A DNA stretch of 64,000 bases. Source: Macrostomum hystrix. Its lineage: Eukaryota > Animalia > Platyhelminthes. Below are positions 22,916-37,820 of the stretch, piece after piece (within the stretch, counting starts at the first letter, position 1; each line of letters opens with the position of its first letter). The position numbers and the translations under genes were made by a program. The notes below the pieces were generated by a model. The model did not search any database. It was not told where the DNA came from and was given only the letters and a program-made list of their open reading frames with translations. Location: positions 7,936,001 through 8,000,000 of the forward strand of contig CATNEN010000025.1 of NCBI GenBank assembly GCA_950097015.1, written 5' to 3'.

Positions 22916-23323
22916 TGTATGAGACATGTGGAGTCTCGTTCTCATCATTTGTAACCAATGAAAACCTGTAATGCACGACATGGCCGCTTCATAACTTATA
23001 AGGCAGTAAAAAAACTCCCTAAATTCAACTGGCAGCAAAATCCCATCCCCAGTGAGTGGTATCAGTTTCCGCTGAGTAGCTAAAACAACAAGCAGAAATA
23101 TTCCGTTGTCATCTCTCGTTTGGCTTGAATAATTTAATTTTTTTAATATAGCTAACTTCTATACAATCTGCTGGTGGAGTGAATTCCTGCAGACCCCCTC
23201 CAGTTGGGATTTGGGAAGTCGGGGGGAGAAAATGAGTAGGGGAGACCTGCAAACACACCCTGCATTTATTACGCATAACTGCCGCCGCCGTCTATGGAAA
23301 GTTTAACAGGCCTTGCCCTCTGC

Positions 23324-23349
23324 CATTGGCTGCTGCCGGCCAGCCAATG
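23324..23349 (+). promoter_or_regulatory. Inverted pair of CCAAT boxes, candidate protocadherin promoter
   Basis: CATTGGCTG-N8-CAGCCAATG perfect inverted repeat 205-230 bp upstream of the ATG. Confidence 0.5.
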
Positions 23350-23553
23350 AGAGCAGCCGGCTGAACAAACCTCTACTCCACAATGATCTATAGATCTGAC
23401 GCTGGTGACTGCTCTACCGTATTCAACAGAGACACAAATTCGTACCCAACTCTCGCTAACATCTTCCGATTGACTGCCGACAATCTTGAAAACTATGAGA
23501 GCCTGAAATAATCCCCCTAGGAAACAACAGCATAGCAACTATAGAGGAAAATA

Positions 23554-26295
23554 ATGCTCTACGTAACCATAGCAACCCTGGCGGCGTTAATCGTCTTGTC
23601 CACCGGCCAGTCCTCGGAGCTGCTGCAGCTGATCCTGCAGGACAATGTCGACTTCAACGCCAAAGTTGGCGACCTGACCGAACTGGATCCCAACCTACCG
23701 GCTCCGAATCCCGGCGTAGGATTTCAGACTGCGACGCTAATCGCCGATAATCCGCGCCTGGAGGGCTATTTCGCGGTGGATCAGCGTGGCGCCATCTATG
23801 CTAGGCGCAATGTGGACAGAGATGAGTTGTGCTCAGCCGCCGGTTGCTGCGAGTCCGTCAGCTGCCAGTTGGACTTCGCCGTCACCTTGGTTACGATCGG
23901 TCACGAGGCTCGCCGCAGACTTCGCATCGTCCTGATGGACGAGAACGACAAGCGGCCGATATTCCCCAGCATGGCTCCGTTGGAGCTGTCCGAGGACGCG
24001 GCGGCACCGGGACCCACTGGGCTGCGGCTCACGCTGGCTGAGGATGGCGACGGTCCGGGACACCGAGTAAGCAACTACAGCCTGATGGATCCAAGTGGCA
24101 CCTTCGGTCTGGACGTCGTGGAAGAACGACTGTCGAATAATTCGACTTTTCCTGTGCCGCACCTGAGGCTGCTGAAGCAGCTGGACCGCGAGCTGCTGCC
24201 ACAGTACCAGGTGACCCTGGTGGCCACGGACGGTTTGCACACAGCCTCCGCCGTTGTCACCATTCGCGTTGGCGACGTCAATGACAATGCGCCAGTGTTC
24301 GACCGCGAACTGACCGAGTCCAGCTTCCCCGAGACGAAAGCCGTCGGCGAGAAAATTCGCGCCCTGACAGCCACCGATGGCGACTCCGGAGCGAACGCCA
24401 ACGTGACATTCGCCATCGCTTCCGTGAAGCCTCCCAGCCTAGCCAGCTACTTCCGTGTCGGCAGCGAGTCCGGTCTCTGGGGCCTGTTCCTGGCGCGCGA
24501 GCTCGACTTTGAGTCGCCTGAGCAGCGCTTCGCCGAGATCCTGGTGGTGGCCCGGGATCAGGGCAGCCCGCCGAGGTCGTCCACAGGCACAGTTCGAATC
24601 AGTGTCACCGACGCCAACGACAATGCGCCGGTGATCACTGAGCTGTACAGCTACAACCTGGAGGAGCACAAGCCAGCCAAGGTGCTGGTGAAGACGCTCC
24701 AGGTGACCGATGCCGACCAGATTTCGGTTGGTCGCGTGGACTGCCGCATCGAGTCCAGCAGCATGTTTCGCTTGGAGCTGAACGGCAGCGGGGCGAAGCC
24801 GGGCTCACAGAACGAGCGCCTCACCTACAGCCTGTTCAGCGCCACGTCGTTCGACTACGAGATGACCCAGGAGGAGCAGGTGATGGTTGGCTGCATCGAC
24901 AACGCCTCGCCGGAGAGGGTGACTCGGCAGCTCTACCGGGTGCCGATTCGCGAGACCAACGACTTTGGCCCGGTATTCCAGCAGCGCAACTACCACGTCA
25001 GCGTGCCGGAGGACCTGGCCAACGGCCTCACTGTCCAGACGGTTCGCGCCGACGATCAGGACAAAGACCGCTTCGGTGAGGTGCACTACGAGTTGGACGC
25101 AGCCGGTGCCGCCAATTTCAGCATCGACCAGCGCTCTGGCAGGATCGAAGTTCGCGGCCGACTCGACCGAGAGACAGCCGACAGCCTCCGCTTCACCGTC
25201 GTCGCCAGAGACTACGGGGGCAGGTCGGACACGGCCACGGTGGTCGTTGTGCTCACCGATGTGAACGACTGCGCTCCGCAGTACACGGGACGCACCGCCT
25301 TCCAGGTGGTTGAAAACTCGCCACCGGGGACTGTGTTGGGCACCGTGACCTTCAGCGATCCGGACAGCGGGCAGAACGGCAGCGTCAGCTTCGCCATGCT
25401 CAGCGATACTCACAACGTAGCCAACGAGTTCCTTCACTTGTTCAGCAACGGCTCCCTGGTGGTGGCCAAGCCCATCGACCGAGAGGGCTACGCCAAGTTC
25501 TACGTTGAAATTGAAGCTCGCGACGGAGGCCGCATCAGCCGCAGCTCCACCGCCACCATTCAAGTTGACGTCGCCGATGTCAACGACTGTTCACCGACGC
25601 TGGACCAGCCGCCGCCGGGCAGTCTGGTGGGTGCCGAACGCACCGTCGTCTACACGAACCTGCCGCCTGGCTCACCGATTCTGGCTGTGCGCGCCCTAGA
25701 TCGCGACCTTGGCAACAATGGCACAGTCGAGTACAGACTCGGCGCAAGCAATGCCAGCGGCCTCCTCAGCATCGGCCTGGCGACTGGCCGTCTTGCGACA
25801 GCCTGGGATCCCGACACGGCGCCGCCCGCGCCCGGCGTCTACACCGTGATTGTGCTGATGCGCGACCGCGGAGAGCCGCGACCGCTCGAAGGACGCGGCG
25901 AGTTTCGTCTGCGACTCACTTCTCCACCGGGCGGCGGCCCGCTAGGCCGACTGGGCAGCGCCGGCGTCAACGGCCTGGTTGCTCTGGTGGCCATTGTGGC
26001 TGGAACCATTGTGCTTGCCTCCGGCCTGCTGGTCGCCATCTGCCGTGTCAGGGCCGGCACCAGGGGCGGCGGCAGAGGTGGCGGTGGTGGTGTCTCAAGA
26101 AGACGACAATTGACCACCGGAATTCTGGTTGGAGCTGACGATGAAGAAGCCGGTTTGAAGGCGGCAGCCGCGGCTTCAGCGGCAGCTGCGGCATCGTCTG
26201 CTGGCCAGGAGTCGTCGGCTTCGTCGACTTACTACGCCTGGCAGCATCCGGGATCGCCGCTGGGCTCGCTGCTCAGAGACGATGCCGAGAAGCAG
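23554..26295 (+). CDS. Protocadherin (delta1-like, 7 cadherin repeats), large first coding exon: signal peptide, EC1-7, TM, proximal cytoplasmic region
   Basis: Linkers DENDKRP, DVNDNAP, DANDNAP, ETNDFGP, DVNDCAP, DVNDCSP; LDRE/LDFE/IDRE motifs; Cys-rich EC1 (DRDELC..CC..C); TM LVALVAIVAGTIVLASGLLVAIC; phase-0 donor CAG|GTGAGA at 26295/26296. Confidence 0.95.
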
Positions 26296-26332
26296 GTGAG
26301 AAGCCTTTGATCAGACTACTGGCTGCACTGAG

Positions 26333-26333
26333 G

Positions 26334-26378
<45 letters not shown>

Positions 26379-27235
26379 GTCTATGTGTCTGTCTGTCTGT
26401 CTCTCTGTCTATGTGTCTGTCTGTCTGTCTCTCTGTCTAAGTGTCTGTCTGTCTCTCTGTCTATGTGACTGTCTGTCTGTCTCTCTGTCTATGTGTCTGT
26501 CTGTCTGTCTCTCTGTCTAAGTGTCTGTCTGTCTCTCTGTCTATGTGACTGTCTGTCTGTCTCTCTGTCTATGTGTCTGTCTGTCTGTCTCTCTGTCTAA
26601 GTGTCTGTCTGTCTCTCTGTCTATGTGACTGTCTGTCTGTCTCTCTGTCTATGTGTCTGTCTGTCTGTCTCTCTGTCTATGTGTCTGTCTGTCTGTCTCT
26701 CTGTCTATGTGACTGTCTGTCTGTCTCTCTGTCTATGTGTCTGTCTGTCTGTCTCTCTGTCTAAGTGTCTGTCTGTCTCTCTGTCTATGTGACTGTCTGT
26801 CTGTCTCTCTGTCTATGTGTCTGTCTGTCTCTCTGTCTATGTGTCTGTCTGTCTCTCTGTCTAAGTGTCTGTCTGTCTCTCTGTCTATGTGACTGTCTGT
26901 CTGTCTCTCTGTCTATGTGTCTGTCTGTCTGTCTCTCTGTCTATGTGACTGTCTGTCTGTCTCTCTGTCTAAGTGTCTGTCTGTCTCTCTGTCTATGTGA
27001 CTGTCTGTCTGTCTCTCTGTCTATGTGTCTGTCTGTCTCTCTGTCTATGTGTCTGTCTGTCTCTCTGTCTAAGTGTCTGTCTGTCTCTCTGTCTATGTGT
27101 CTGTCTGTCTGTCTCTTTGTCAATGTGTCTGTCTGTCTCTCTGTCTATGTGTCTGTCTGTCTGTCTCTGTCTATGTGTCTGTCTGTCTGTCTCTTTGTCA
27201 ATGTGACTGTCTGTCTGTCTGTCTGTCTGTCTTTT
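26333..27235. repeat. (GTCT)n-based composite repeat
   Basis: Direct reading; begins 37 nt after the splice donor. Confidence 0.95.
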
Positions 27236-28861
27236 TTTGGGTATTTTTCTGCTTGTCTGTCTGTCTGCCTGTCTATTTAAGTCTAGATCTTTGAGAATTT
27301 CTTTGTAGAACGTGTACATAAAAGTTCGACTGGTCTTAGATCCCATAAAATGTAGTTTCTCTTCCACACCACCATAATTCATTTTTTTACTTTTCCTTGA
27401 AACCCCCGAAAGCCTACGAAAGTACTAAATTATAGCTATCAATTTTAGCTTTAAAAACAGCTAATCAATTAACACTTTTTCTACCAGCAGCACCTGAACC
27501 ACGAAGATATTATTAAGTTTCGAACAGTAAATACGAGTATTCTAAGAAATGTTCCACGTTTTTCTCATTATCATTCGTATCATTCAGATTTTAAATTCTG
27601 GCCCCACAGACGTTCTGTCATATACTCGTATTAATTTCTGTCTATATCTCGGTCTCTCGCTTTCTTGAGAAATCGACCGGTGCTGCAAATCACATTTTGA
27701 TTTAGCCCGAGGGCTGACAGAAATCAGACCAGGTGACCATGACACACCATATTTAATCGATAAATTTCAACACTGAAATAGTATGAGACTGCAAGCAAAA
27801 TATGCAAATATCATCATCTGCAGAGGCTCGCTTCGCTTAATTTAGAAAACGAAGGGAACAGTGCAGCCATCTTTCACTTATTGCTTGCTTTCAGTGTTGC
27901 TATTTTCAACGCCAGAAAATGGCTAATTTATTGGTGAAAAAATATAGAGGATATAAGTGGTGCCTCGATATCAGGGAGGTGAATGGCTGGCTGTGTTTTT
28001 GGGATGCGGGTATTAACACACGGAACAGGAAGCAAGATGAATGAGCGTAGGCTAGCTACCAACAAACTTCCCAGCCAGCTTTGACTTTTGAGTTTGTCGG
28101 GGGGAGATGAAAGCCGCGCGGTCCACCGCGGGACTTGGGTGGTCATTGTTCCCTACCGAGTCTTAATCCCAGATCCCCCAGTCTATATATTCCCCGACAA
28201 ACGGTCCGGTGGGTCCAGGATGTGGGGAATATATTTTCATGGCTTTTTGAAATCCCAATCTTTGGAAGTCAGTGGGAGCAATGAACTAACATCCCATAAA
28301 AATCCCCATTGTATTGCAAGCATTCACGATAAAAAAACAAATAATTGCAGTTTTTAAGCTGTGCAGTTTAAAAAAACTCCGACTCACAATATAGTTAACA
28401 ATATTTCTATTTTCCTGACAAACAGTGATTTTCCTGCTTTTACTCGAGCAGCAACCTAAAACTCAATAAAAAACAATCACAATCACTCTCTATGCATGCT
28501 GGGAAGCCGCATTGTAAAATCCTTGCCTTAAAACTCATTGTTCTTCGTCTCTTCAATTCTATTTTAGTGCTTTTTTTAACTTCTATTCAGTCTCCAATGT
28601 TAAACTCAGTCTGTAGTCTCAAGCCGCTGTAGCAGCAGCAGCAGCAGCAGCAGCCAATTTTTTTATCAGTGACTAATTTATGAAATTTCAGCCATGTGAC
28701 GATGGAAAATTTCAATTTTTGTTCGCTCCCACTTAATTCAATTGAAATCGGCCAATTCCTATTGGCTAGGCTCGAGGCTAAAATGATAAATGCCCAGTGA
28801 CCGAATAAATCAGAAATCAATTCTCTGTTTTCCCCAGCTTTTTGTGACTGATTTACCGTTA

Positions 28862-29092
28862 TTAATAATAATAATAATAATAATTGCCGGAGGGCTGCGG
28901 GCAATGGCACATCAGCCAGGAGGCAATTCAGCCCATTCCGCTGACTCCTGAGCACACACGCACACAGATACTGTACGCAGGCACACGCTCACATAGCACA
29001 ATCTGCCAAAAGAATGTGGCCTCGCCGCGGAATCGAGCTCAGGGACCTTGGTGCGAGAGCCAAACGCGTTAGACTGCGCTGCCACTCACCCC
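28862..29092 (-). mobile_element. tRNA-derived SINE, internally deleted copy of the same family as 18625-18960
   Basis: Reverse complement shares CTCTCGCACCAAGGTCCCTGAGCTCGATTCCGCGGCGAGGCCACA and the 3' body ending GCAATTATTATT. Confidence 0.8.
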
Positions 29093-29802
29093 TTATGAAT
29101 TAGCGTTAGTATTAAACGCTGTCTAGATCAGAAACTAATATCTGTTATCACTCATAATACTCTAGTGTATAAATACTTTTGCCCATAGAGATTGTATAGA
29201 ATAGATATTGATCTACAAAGTCTAATGAACAATGCAGAAAACATTAACTTTACAGAAAAATAATTTGACTAGAGACAGAGCTTGATCTAGTACAGGTAAG
29301 CACAGGTTTCTACCATAGACATATTTCAATACTGTATTTACAGTATGTCACATAGCACAAGACTATCAAATTCTACCTTATGATGATGAATTGAAATTCG
29401 CCTAAATTAAGGGAGGTGGGGATTAAAGCAGGTGTCAAAATTACCGATCAATTAGCGCGCGCAGCTCAATCGGATGAGAAGAAAAGAGTAACTTTTTTAT
29501 TCCAATGGCCAAAGTGTCAAGTTATTTTGCTGGTTCAACTGAACTGCCAATTTTATTCAATTCATTTTCTCACCTCACTTCAACCCGTCCGTCCGTCCGT
29601 TCCATAGGTATTTGGGATAATGATGACAAGGCCCATTAAAAAATGCTGAATGGCTTTTGACCCGACTTGAGTTTAGAAGTTCTTTTTCAATTCACAATTC
29701 TAGTCGATTTGGGTGAAATAGAAATTAGCCCGTTCAATTATAAACTTATAAACAGTATATTGACTTAACTTAGATTATCATTCAAGGCCTTTGAAACATT
29801 TT

Positions 29803-32800
29803 TTGAGACACAAGAGAGATGAGACACGGGAGAGATGAGACACGGGAGAGATGAGACACGGCAGAGATAAGACACGGGAGAGATGAGACACGGGAGAGAT
29901 GAGACATTGGAGAGATGAGACACGGCAGAGATGAGACACGGCAGAGATGAGACACGGCAGAGATGAGACACGGGAGTGATGAGACACGGGAGTGATGAGA
30001 CACGGGAGTGATGAGACACGGGAGTGATGAGACACGGGAGAGATGAGACACGGGAGAGATGAGACACGGGGGAGATGAGACACGGGAGAGAAGAGACACG
30101 GGAGAGATGAGACACGGGAGTGATGAGACACGGGAGTGATGAGACAGGGGAGAGATGAGACACGGCAGAGATAAGACACGGGAGAGATGAGACACGGGAG
30201 AGATGAGACTCTGGAGAGATGAGACACGGGAGAGATGAGACATTGGAGAGATGAGACACGGCAGAGATGAGACACGGCAGAGATGAGACACAGGAGAGAT
30301 GAGACACGGGAGAGATGAGACACGGGAGAGATGAGACACGGGAGTGATGAGACACGGGAGAGATGAGACACGGGAGAGATGAGACTCTGGAGAGATGAGA
30401 CACAGGAGAGATGAGACACGGGAGTGATGAGACACGGGAGAGATGAGACACGGGAGAGATGAGACATTGGAGAGATGAGACACGGGAGAGATGAGACACG
30501 GGAGAGATGATACACGGCAGAGATGAGACACGGCAGAGATGAGACACGGGAGAGATGAGACACGGGAGAGATGAGACACGGGAGAGATGAGACACGGGAG
30601 AGATGAGACAAGGGAGAGATGAAACACGGGAGAGATGAGACACGGGAGAGATGAGACACGGGAGAGATGAGACACGGGAGAGATGAGACACGGGAGAGAT
30701 GAGACACGGGAGAGATGAGACATGGGGGGAGATGAGACACGGGAGAGATGAGACACGGCAGAGATGAGACACGGGAGAGATGAGACACGGCAGAGATAAG
30801 ACACGGGAGAGATGAGACACGGGAGAGATGAGACTCTGGAGAGATGAGACACGGGAGAGATGAGACATTGGAGAGATGAGACACGGCAGAGATGAGACAC
30901 GGCAGAGATGAGACACGGCAGAGATGAGACACGGGAGTGATGAGACACGGGAGTGATGAGACACGGGAGTGATGAGACACGGGAGTGATGAGACACGGGA
31001 GTGATGAGACACGGGAGAGATGAGACACGGGAGAGATGAGACACGGGAGAGATGAGACTCTGGAGAGATGAGACACGGGAGAGATGAGACACGGGAGAGA
31101 TGAGACTCTGGAGAGATGAGACACGGGAGAGATGAGACATTGGAGAGATGAGACACGGCAGAGATGAGACACGGCAGAGATGAGACACGGCAGAGATGAG
31201 ACACGGGAGTGATGAGACACGGGAGTGATGAGACACGGGAGTGATGAGACACGGGAGTGATGAGACACGGGAGTGATGAGACACGGGAGAGATGAGACAC
31301 GGGAGAGATGAGACACGGGAGAGATGAGACTCTGGAGAGATGAGACACGGGAGAGATGAGACATTGGAGAGATGAGACACGGCAGAGATGAGACACGGGA
31401 GTGATGAGACAGGGGAGAGATGAGACACGGCAGAGATAAGACACGGGAGAGATGAGACACGGGAGAGATGAGACTCTGGAGAGATGAGACACGGGAGAGA
31501 TGAGACATTGGAGAGATGAGACACGGCAGAGATGAGACACGGCAGAGATGAGACACAGGAGAGATGAGACACGGGAGAGATGAGACACGGGAGAGATGAG
31601 ACACGGGAGTGATGAGACACGGGAGAGATGAGACACGGGAGAGATGAGACTCTGGAGAGATGAGACACAGGAGAGATGAGACACGGGAGTGATGAGACAC
31701 GGGAGAGATGAGACACGGGAGAGATGAGACATTGGAGAGATGAGACACGGGAGAGATGAGACACGGGAGAGATGATACACGGGAGAGATGAGACACGGCA
31801 GAGATGAGACACGGGAGAGATGAGACACGGGAGAGATGAGACACGGGAGAGATGAGACACGGGAGAGATGAGACAAGGGAGAGATGAAACACGGGAGAGA
31901 TGAGACACGGGAGAGATGAGACACGGGAGAGATGAGACTCTGGAGAGATGAGACACAGGAGAGATGAGACACGGGAGAGATGAGACACGGCAGAGATAAG
32001 ACACGGGAGAGATGAGACACGGGAGAGATGAGACTCTGGAGAGATGAGACACGGGAGAGATGAGACATTGGAGAGATGAGACACGGCAGAGATGAGACAC
32101 GGCAGAGATGAGACACAGGAGAGATGAGACACGGGAGAGATGAGACACGGGAGAGATGAGACACGGGAGTGATGAGACACGGGAGAGATGAGACACGGGA
32201 GAGATGAGACTCTGGAGAGATGAGACACAGGAGAGATGAGACACGGGAGTGATGAGACACGGGAGAGATGAGACACGGGAGAGATGAGACATTGGAGAGA
32301 TGAGACACGGGAGAGATGAGACACGGGAGAGATGATACACGGGAGAGATGAGACACGGCAGAGATGAGACACGGGAGAGATGAGACACGGGAGAGATGAG
32401 ACACGGGAGAGATGAGACACGGGAGAGATGAGACAAGGGAGAGATGAAACACGGGAGAGATGAGACACGGGAGAGATGAGACACGGGAGAGATGAGACAC
32501 GGGAGAGATGAGACACGGGAGAGATGAGACACGGGAGAGATGAGACATGGGGGGAGATGAGACACGGGAGAGATGAGACACGGCAGAGATGAGACACGGG
32601 AGAGATGAGACACGGCAGAGATAAGACACGGGAGAGATGAGACACGGGAGAGATGAGACTCTGGAGAGATGAGACACGGGAGAGATGAGACATTGGAGAG
32701 ATGAGACACGGCAGAGATGAGACACGGCAGAGATGAGACACGGCAGAGATGAGACACGGGAGTGATGAGACACGGGAGTGATGAGACACGGGAGTGATGA

Positions 32801-35800
32801 GACACGGGAGTGATGAGACACGGGAGTGATGAGACACGGGAGAGATGAGACACGGGAGAGATGAGACACGGGAGAGATGAGACTCTGGAGAGATGAGACA
32901 CGGGAGAGATGAGACACGGGAGAGATGAGACTCTGGAGAGATGAGACACGGGAGAGATGAGACATTGGAGAGATGAGACACGGCAGAGATGAGACACGGC
33001 AGAGATGAGACACGGCAGAGATGAGACACGGGAGTGATGAGACACGGGAGTGATGAGACACGGGAGTGATGAGACACGGGAGTGATGAGACACGGGAGTG
33101 ATGAGACACGGGAGAGATGAGACACGGGAGAGATGAGACACGGGAGAGATGAGACTCTGGAGAGATGAGACACGGGAGAGATGAGACATTGGAGAGATGA
33201 GACACGGCAGAGATGAGACACGGCAGAGATGAGACACGGCAGAGATGAGACACGGGAGTGATGAGACACGGGAGTGATGAGACACGGGAGTGATGAGACA
33301 CGGGAGTGATGAGACACGGGAGAGATGAGACACGGGAGAGATGAGACACGGCAGAGATGAGACACAGGAGAGATGAGACACGGGAGAGATGAGACACGGG
33401 AGAGATGAGACACGGGAGTGATGAGACAGGGGAGAGATGAGACACGGCAGAGATAAGACACGGGAGAGATGAGACACGGGAGAGATGAGACTCTGGAGAG
33501 ATGAGACACGGGAGAGATGAGACATTGGAGAGATGAGACACGGCAGAGATGAGACACGGCAGAGATGAGACACAGGAGAGATGAGACACGGGAGAGATGA
33601 GACACGGGAGAGATGAGACACGGGAGTGATGAGACACGGGAGAGATGAGACACGGGAGAGATGAGACTCTGGAGAGATGAGACACAGGAGAGATGAGACA
33701 CGGGAGTGATGAGACACGGGAGAGATGAGACACGGGAGAGATGAGACATTGGAGAGATGAGACACGGGAGAGATGAGACACGGGAGAGATGATACACGGG
33801 AGAGATGAGACACGGCAGAGATGAGACACGGGAGAGATGAGACACGGGAGAGATGAGACACGGGAGAGATGAGACACGGGAGAGATGAGACAAGGGAGAG
33901 ATGAAACACGGGAGAGATGAGACACGGGAGAGATGAGACACGGGAGAGATGAGACACGGGAGAGATGAGACACGGGAGAGATGAGACACGGGAGAGATGA
34001 GACATGGGGGGAGATGAGACACGGGAGAGATGAGACACGGCAGAGATGAGACACGGGAGAGATGAGACACGGCAGAGATAAGACACGGGAGAGATGAGAC
34101 ACGGGAGAGATGAGACTCTGGAGAGATGAGACACGGGAGAGATGAGACATTGGAGAGATGAGACACGGCAGAGATGAGACACGGCAGAGATGAGACACGG
34201 CAGAGATGAGACACGGGAGTGATGAGACACGGGAGTGATGAGACACGGGAGTGATGAGACACGGGAGTGATGAGACACGGGAGTGATGAGACACGGGAGA
34301 GATGAGACACGGGAGAGATGAGACACGGGAGAGATGAGACTCTGGAGAGATGAGACACGGGAGAGATGAGACACGGGAGAGATGAGACTCTGGAGAGATG
34401 AGACACGGGAGAGATGAGACATTGGAGAGATGAGACACGGCAGAGATGAGACACGGCAGAGATGAGACACGGCAGAGATGAGACACGGGAGTGATGAGAC
34501 ACGGGAGTGATGAGACACGGGAGTGATGAGACACGGGAGTGATGAGACACGGGAGTGATGAGACACGGGAGAGATGAGACACGGGAGAGATGAGACACGG
34601 GAGAGATGAGACTCTGGAGAGATGAGACACGGGAGAGATGAGACATTGGAGAGATGAGACACGGCAGAGATGAGACACGGCAGAGATGAGACACGGCAGA
34701 GATGAGACACGGGAGTGATGAGACACGGGAGTGATGAGACACGGGAGTGATGAGACACGGGAGTGATGAGACACGGGAGAGATGAGACACGGGAGAGATG
34801 AGACACGGGGGAGATGAGACACGGGAGAGAAGAGACACGGGAGAGATGAGACACGGGAGTGATGAGACACGGGAGTGATGAGACAGGGGAGAGATGAGAC
34901 AGGGGAGAGATGAGACACGGGAGAGATGAGACACGGGGGAGATGAGACACGGGAGAGATGAGACAAGGGAGAGTTGAAACACGGGAGAGATGAGACACGG
35001 GAGAGATGAGACACGGGAGAGATGATACACGGGAGAGATGAGACACGGCAGAGATGAGACACGGCAGAGATGAGACACGGGAGAGATGAGACACGGGAGA
35101 GATGAGACACGGGAGAGATGAGACAAGGGAGAGATGAAACACGGGAGAGATGAGACACGGGAGAGATGAGACACGGGAGAGATGAGACTCTGGAGAGATG
35201 AGACACGGGAGAGATGAGACACGGGAGAGATGAGACTCTGGAGAGATGAGACACGGGAGAGATGAGACATTGGAGAGATGAGACACGGCAGAGATGAGAC
35301 ACGGCAGAGATGAGACACGGCAGAGATGAGACACGGGAGTGATGAGACACGGGAGTGATGAGACACGGGAGTGATGAGACACGGGAGTGATGAGACACGG
35401 GAGTGATGAGACACGGGAGAGATGAGACACGGGAGAGATGAGACACGGGAGAGATGAGACTCTGGAGAGATGAGACACGGGAGAGATGAGACATTGGAGA
35501 GATGAGACACGGCAGAGATGAGACACGGCAGAGATGAGACACGGCAGAGATGAGACACGGGAGTGATGAGACACGGGAGTGATGAGACACGGGAGTGATG
35601 AGACACGGGAGTGATGAGACACGGGAGAGATGAGACACGGGAGAGATGAGACACGGGGGAGATGAGACACGGGAGAGAAGAGACACGGGAGAGATGAGAC
35701 ACGGGAGTGATGAGACACGGGAGTGATGAGACAGGGGAGAGATGAGACAGGGGAGAGATGAGACACGGGAGAGATGAGACACGGGGGAGATGAGACACGG

Positions 35801-36171
35801 GAGAGATGAGACAAGGGAGAGTTGAAACACGGGAGAGATGAGACACGGGAGAGATGAGACACGGGAGAGATGATACACGGGAGAGATGAGACACGGCAGA
35901 GATGAGACACGGGAGAGATGAGACACGGGAGAGATGAGACACGGGAGAGATGAGACACGGGAGAGATGAGACAAGGGAGAGATGAAACACGGGAGAGATG
36001 AGACACGGGAGAGATGAGACACGGGAGAGATGAGACACGGGAGAGATGAGACACGGGAGAGATGAGACACGGGAGAGATGAGACACGGGAGAGATGAGAC
36101 ACGGGAGAGATGAGACACGGGAGAGATGAGACACGGGAGAGATGAGACACGGCAGAGATGAGACACGGAGA
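29803..36171. repeat. 16-nt satellite (GAGATGAGACACGGGA), about 400 copies, with higher-order structure
   Basis: Direct periodicity; rare variants recur at spacings that are multiples of the unit. Confidence 0.98.
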
Positions 36172-37211
36172 TGACTTTGATAGTGTTAAACTGATAAGGT
36201 ATGATATAAAACGAATCAAATTTGAACCACAGCTCGAATTTCTAGTTAATTAGCCTAATTGCTTCTATTTTTCGCGCCTTCGTTGAAAATTTCGAACGGA
36301 AAACTCAGGCCTTTGAAGCAGCGGCGGCGCAACTCTGCTTGAATTAAGAAGCAAAAATAACAAGACAATTAATATGAGAAGTGGACACGCTTGGAGACCA
36401 CTTCTCACTTCCATGAGAGTTTCCTACGGTATCCAATCAGCTAACAACTGGCCCTGTTCGACTATTGAGAACTTTGGCGAGAGTTGCATCCCCAAGGGTC
36501 TCTTAGTCTTTTTCTCACCAGCCTCAACTCATTCTTAATTATCGGTAGGGGGGCCCTCAGCACTAGAATTTGCTTGGTTGTGAAGGAGCGAGTGAGTGAG
36601 GGAGCTAAGGGTGGGCAGGTCGATCCTATAGCTTGTAGAGTTGTAGACTAACTATATAAGGCATAGCTGAATGATGACACTTCACACTTCACGCATTTCT
36701 CACTCTCTACAGAGGCTACAGTCAAAGTCAATGATTTTATTTCGTTCCTCTAATGAGGCAAAGAGAGAGAGAGCGCCAGTGTCTTCTACTTCCCAATATC
36801 CCAGACTCCCAGAAAATTTCTATGAAATTCGAGTCAGATTGAGATCAAACTCTGCAGAAGACTCCACAAGAAAAATTGATCGACAAAGTCTGACATGAGA
36901 TTGAAATTCGCATTGTGTTAAGTTAGCAGTGCGTGATTACACGCTCATAGTTTGATAGTTCAAAATCTCTGGGACAGAACAGTTTTTGAAACTTTAGCCC
37001 GCGAACTCACAGCATCGCCTTGGGGTCTTTTTTGAATAAAAATGAGGGCTTTCAAGAGATCAAGATCAAAATTGAATCCTCATTAGTGGCTGATTCACGA
37101 AAAAATGTTAAGAAATATGAACCCCTATTTGGGATGACGAAAAATTCATAACTCCTAGTGAGTGAGGACTTCTTCGTAGGACTGATTGAAGCTCGTGAAT
37201 TTCACCTAAAA

Positions 37212-37820
37212 TCTGCTACCATCCCCTGAACCTTCAGTGCCTCAGCTCCTACCATCCCCTTAACCTTCAGTGCCTCAGCTCCTACCATCCCCTTAACCTT
37301 CAGTGCCTCGGCTCCTACCATTCCCTGAACCTTCAGTGCCTCAGCTGCTACCATCCCCTTAACCTTCAGTGCCTCAGCTCCTACCATCCCCTTAACCTTC
37401 AGTGCCTCGGCTCCTACCATTCCCTGAACCTTCATTGCCTCAGCTGCTACCATCCCCTTAACCTTCAGTGCCTCAGCTGCTACCATTCCCTGAACCTTCA
37501 TTGCCTCAGCTGCTACCATCCCCTTAACCTTCAGTGCCTCAGCTGCTACCATCCCCTTAACCTTCAGTGCCTCGGCTCCTACCATTCCCTGAACCTTCAT
37601 TGCCTCAGTTGCTACCATCCCCTGAACCTTCAGTGCCTCAGCTGCTACCATCCCCTTAACCTTCAGTGCCTCAGCTGCTACCATCCCCTTAACCTTCAGT
37701 GCCTCAGCTGCTACCATCCCCTGAACCTTCAGTGCCTCAGCTGCTACCATCCCCTGAACCTTCAGTGCCTCAGCTGCTACCATCCCCTGAACCTTCAGGT
37801 TCTCAGCTCCTACCATCCCC
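37212..37820. repeat. 30-nt minisatellite (open on the minus strand as AAEALKVQGMV repeats)
   Basis: Direct periodicity. Confidence 0.92.

Noticed and set aside
23829-26117. Antisense and alternative-frame ORFs within the protocadherin exon
   Set aside because: Shadow ORFs of a GC-rich CDS
29765-36219. Three >2100-aa ORFs
   Set aside because: All three frames give the same 16-aa repeat from a 16-nt satellite; not protein coding
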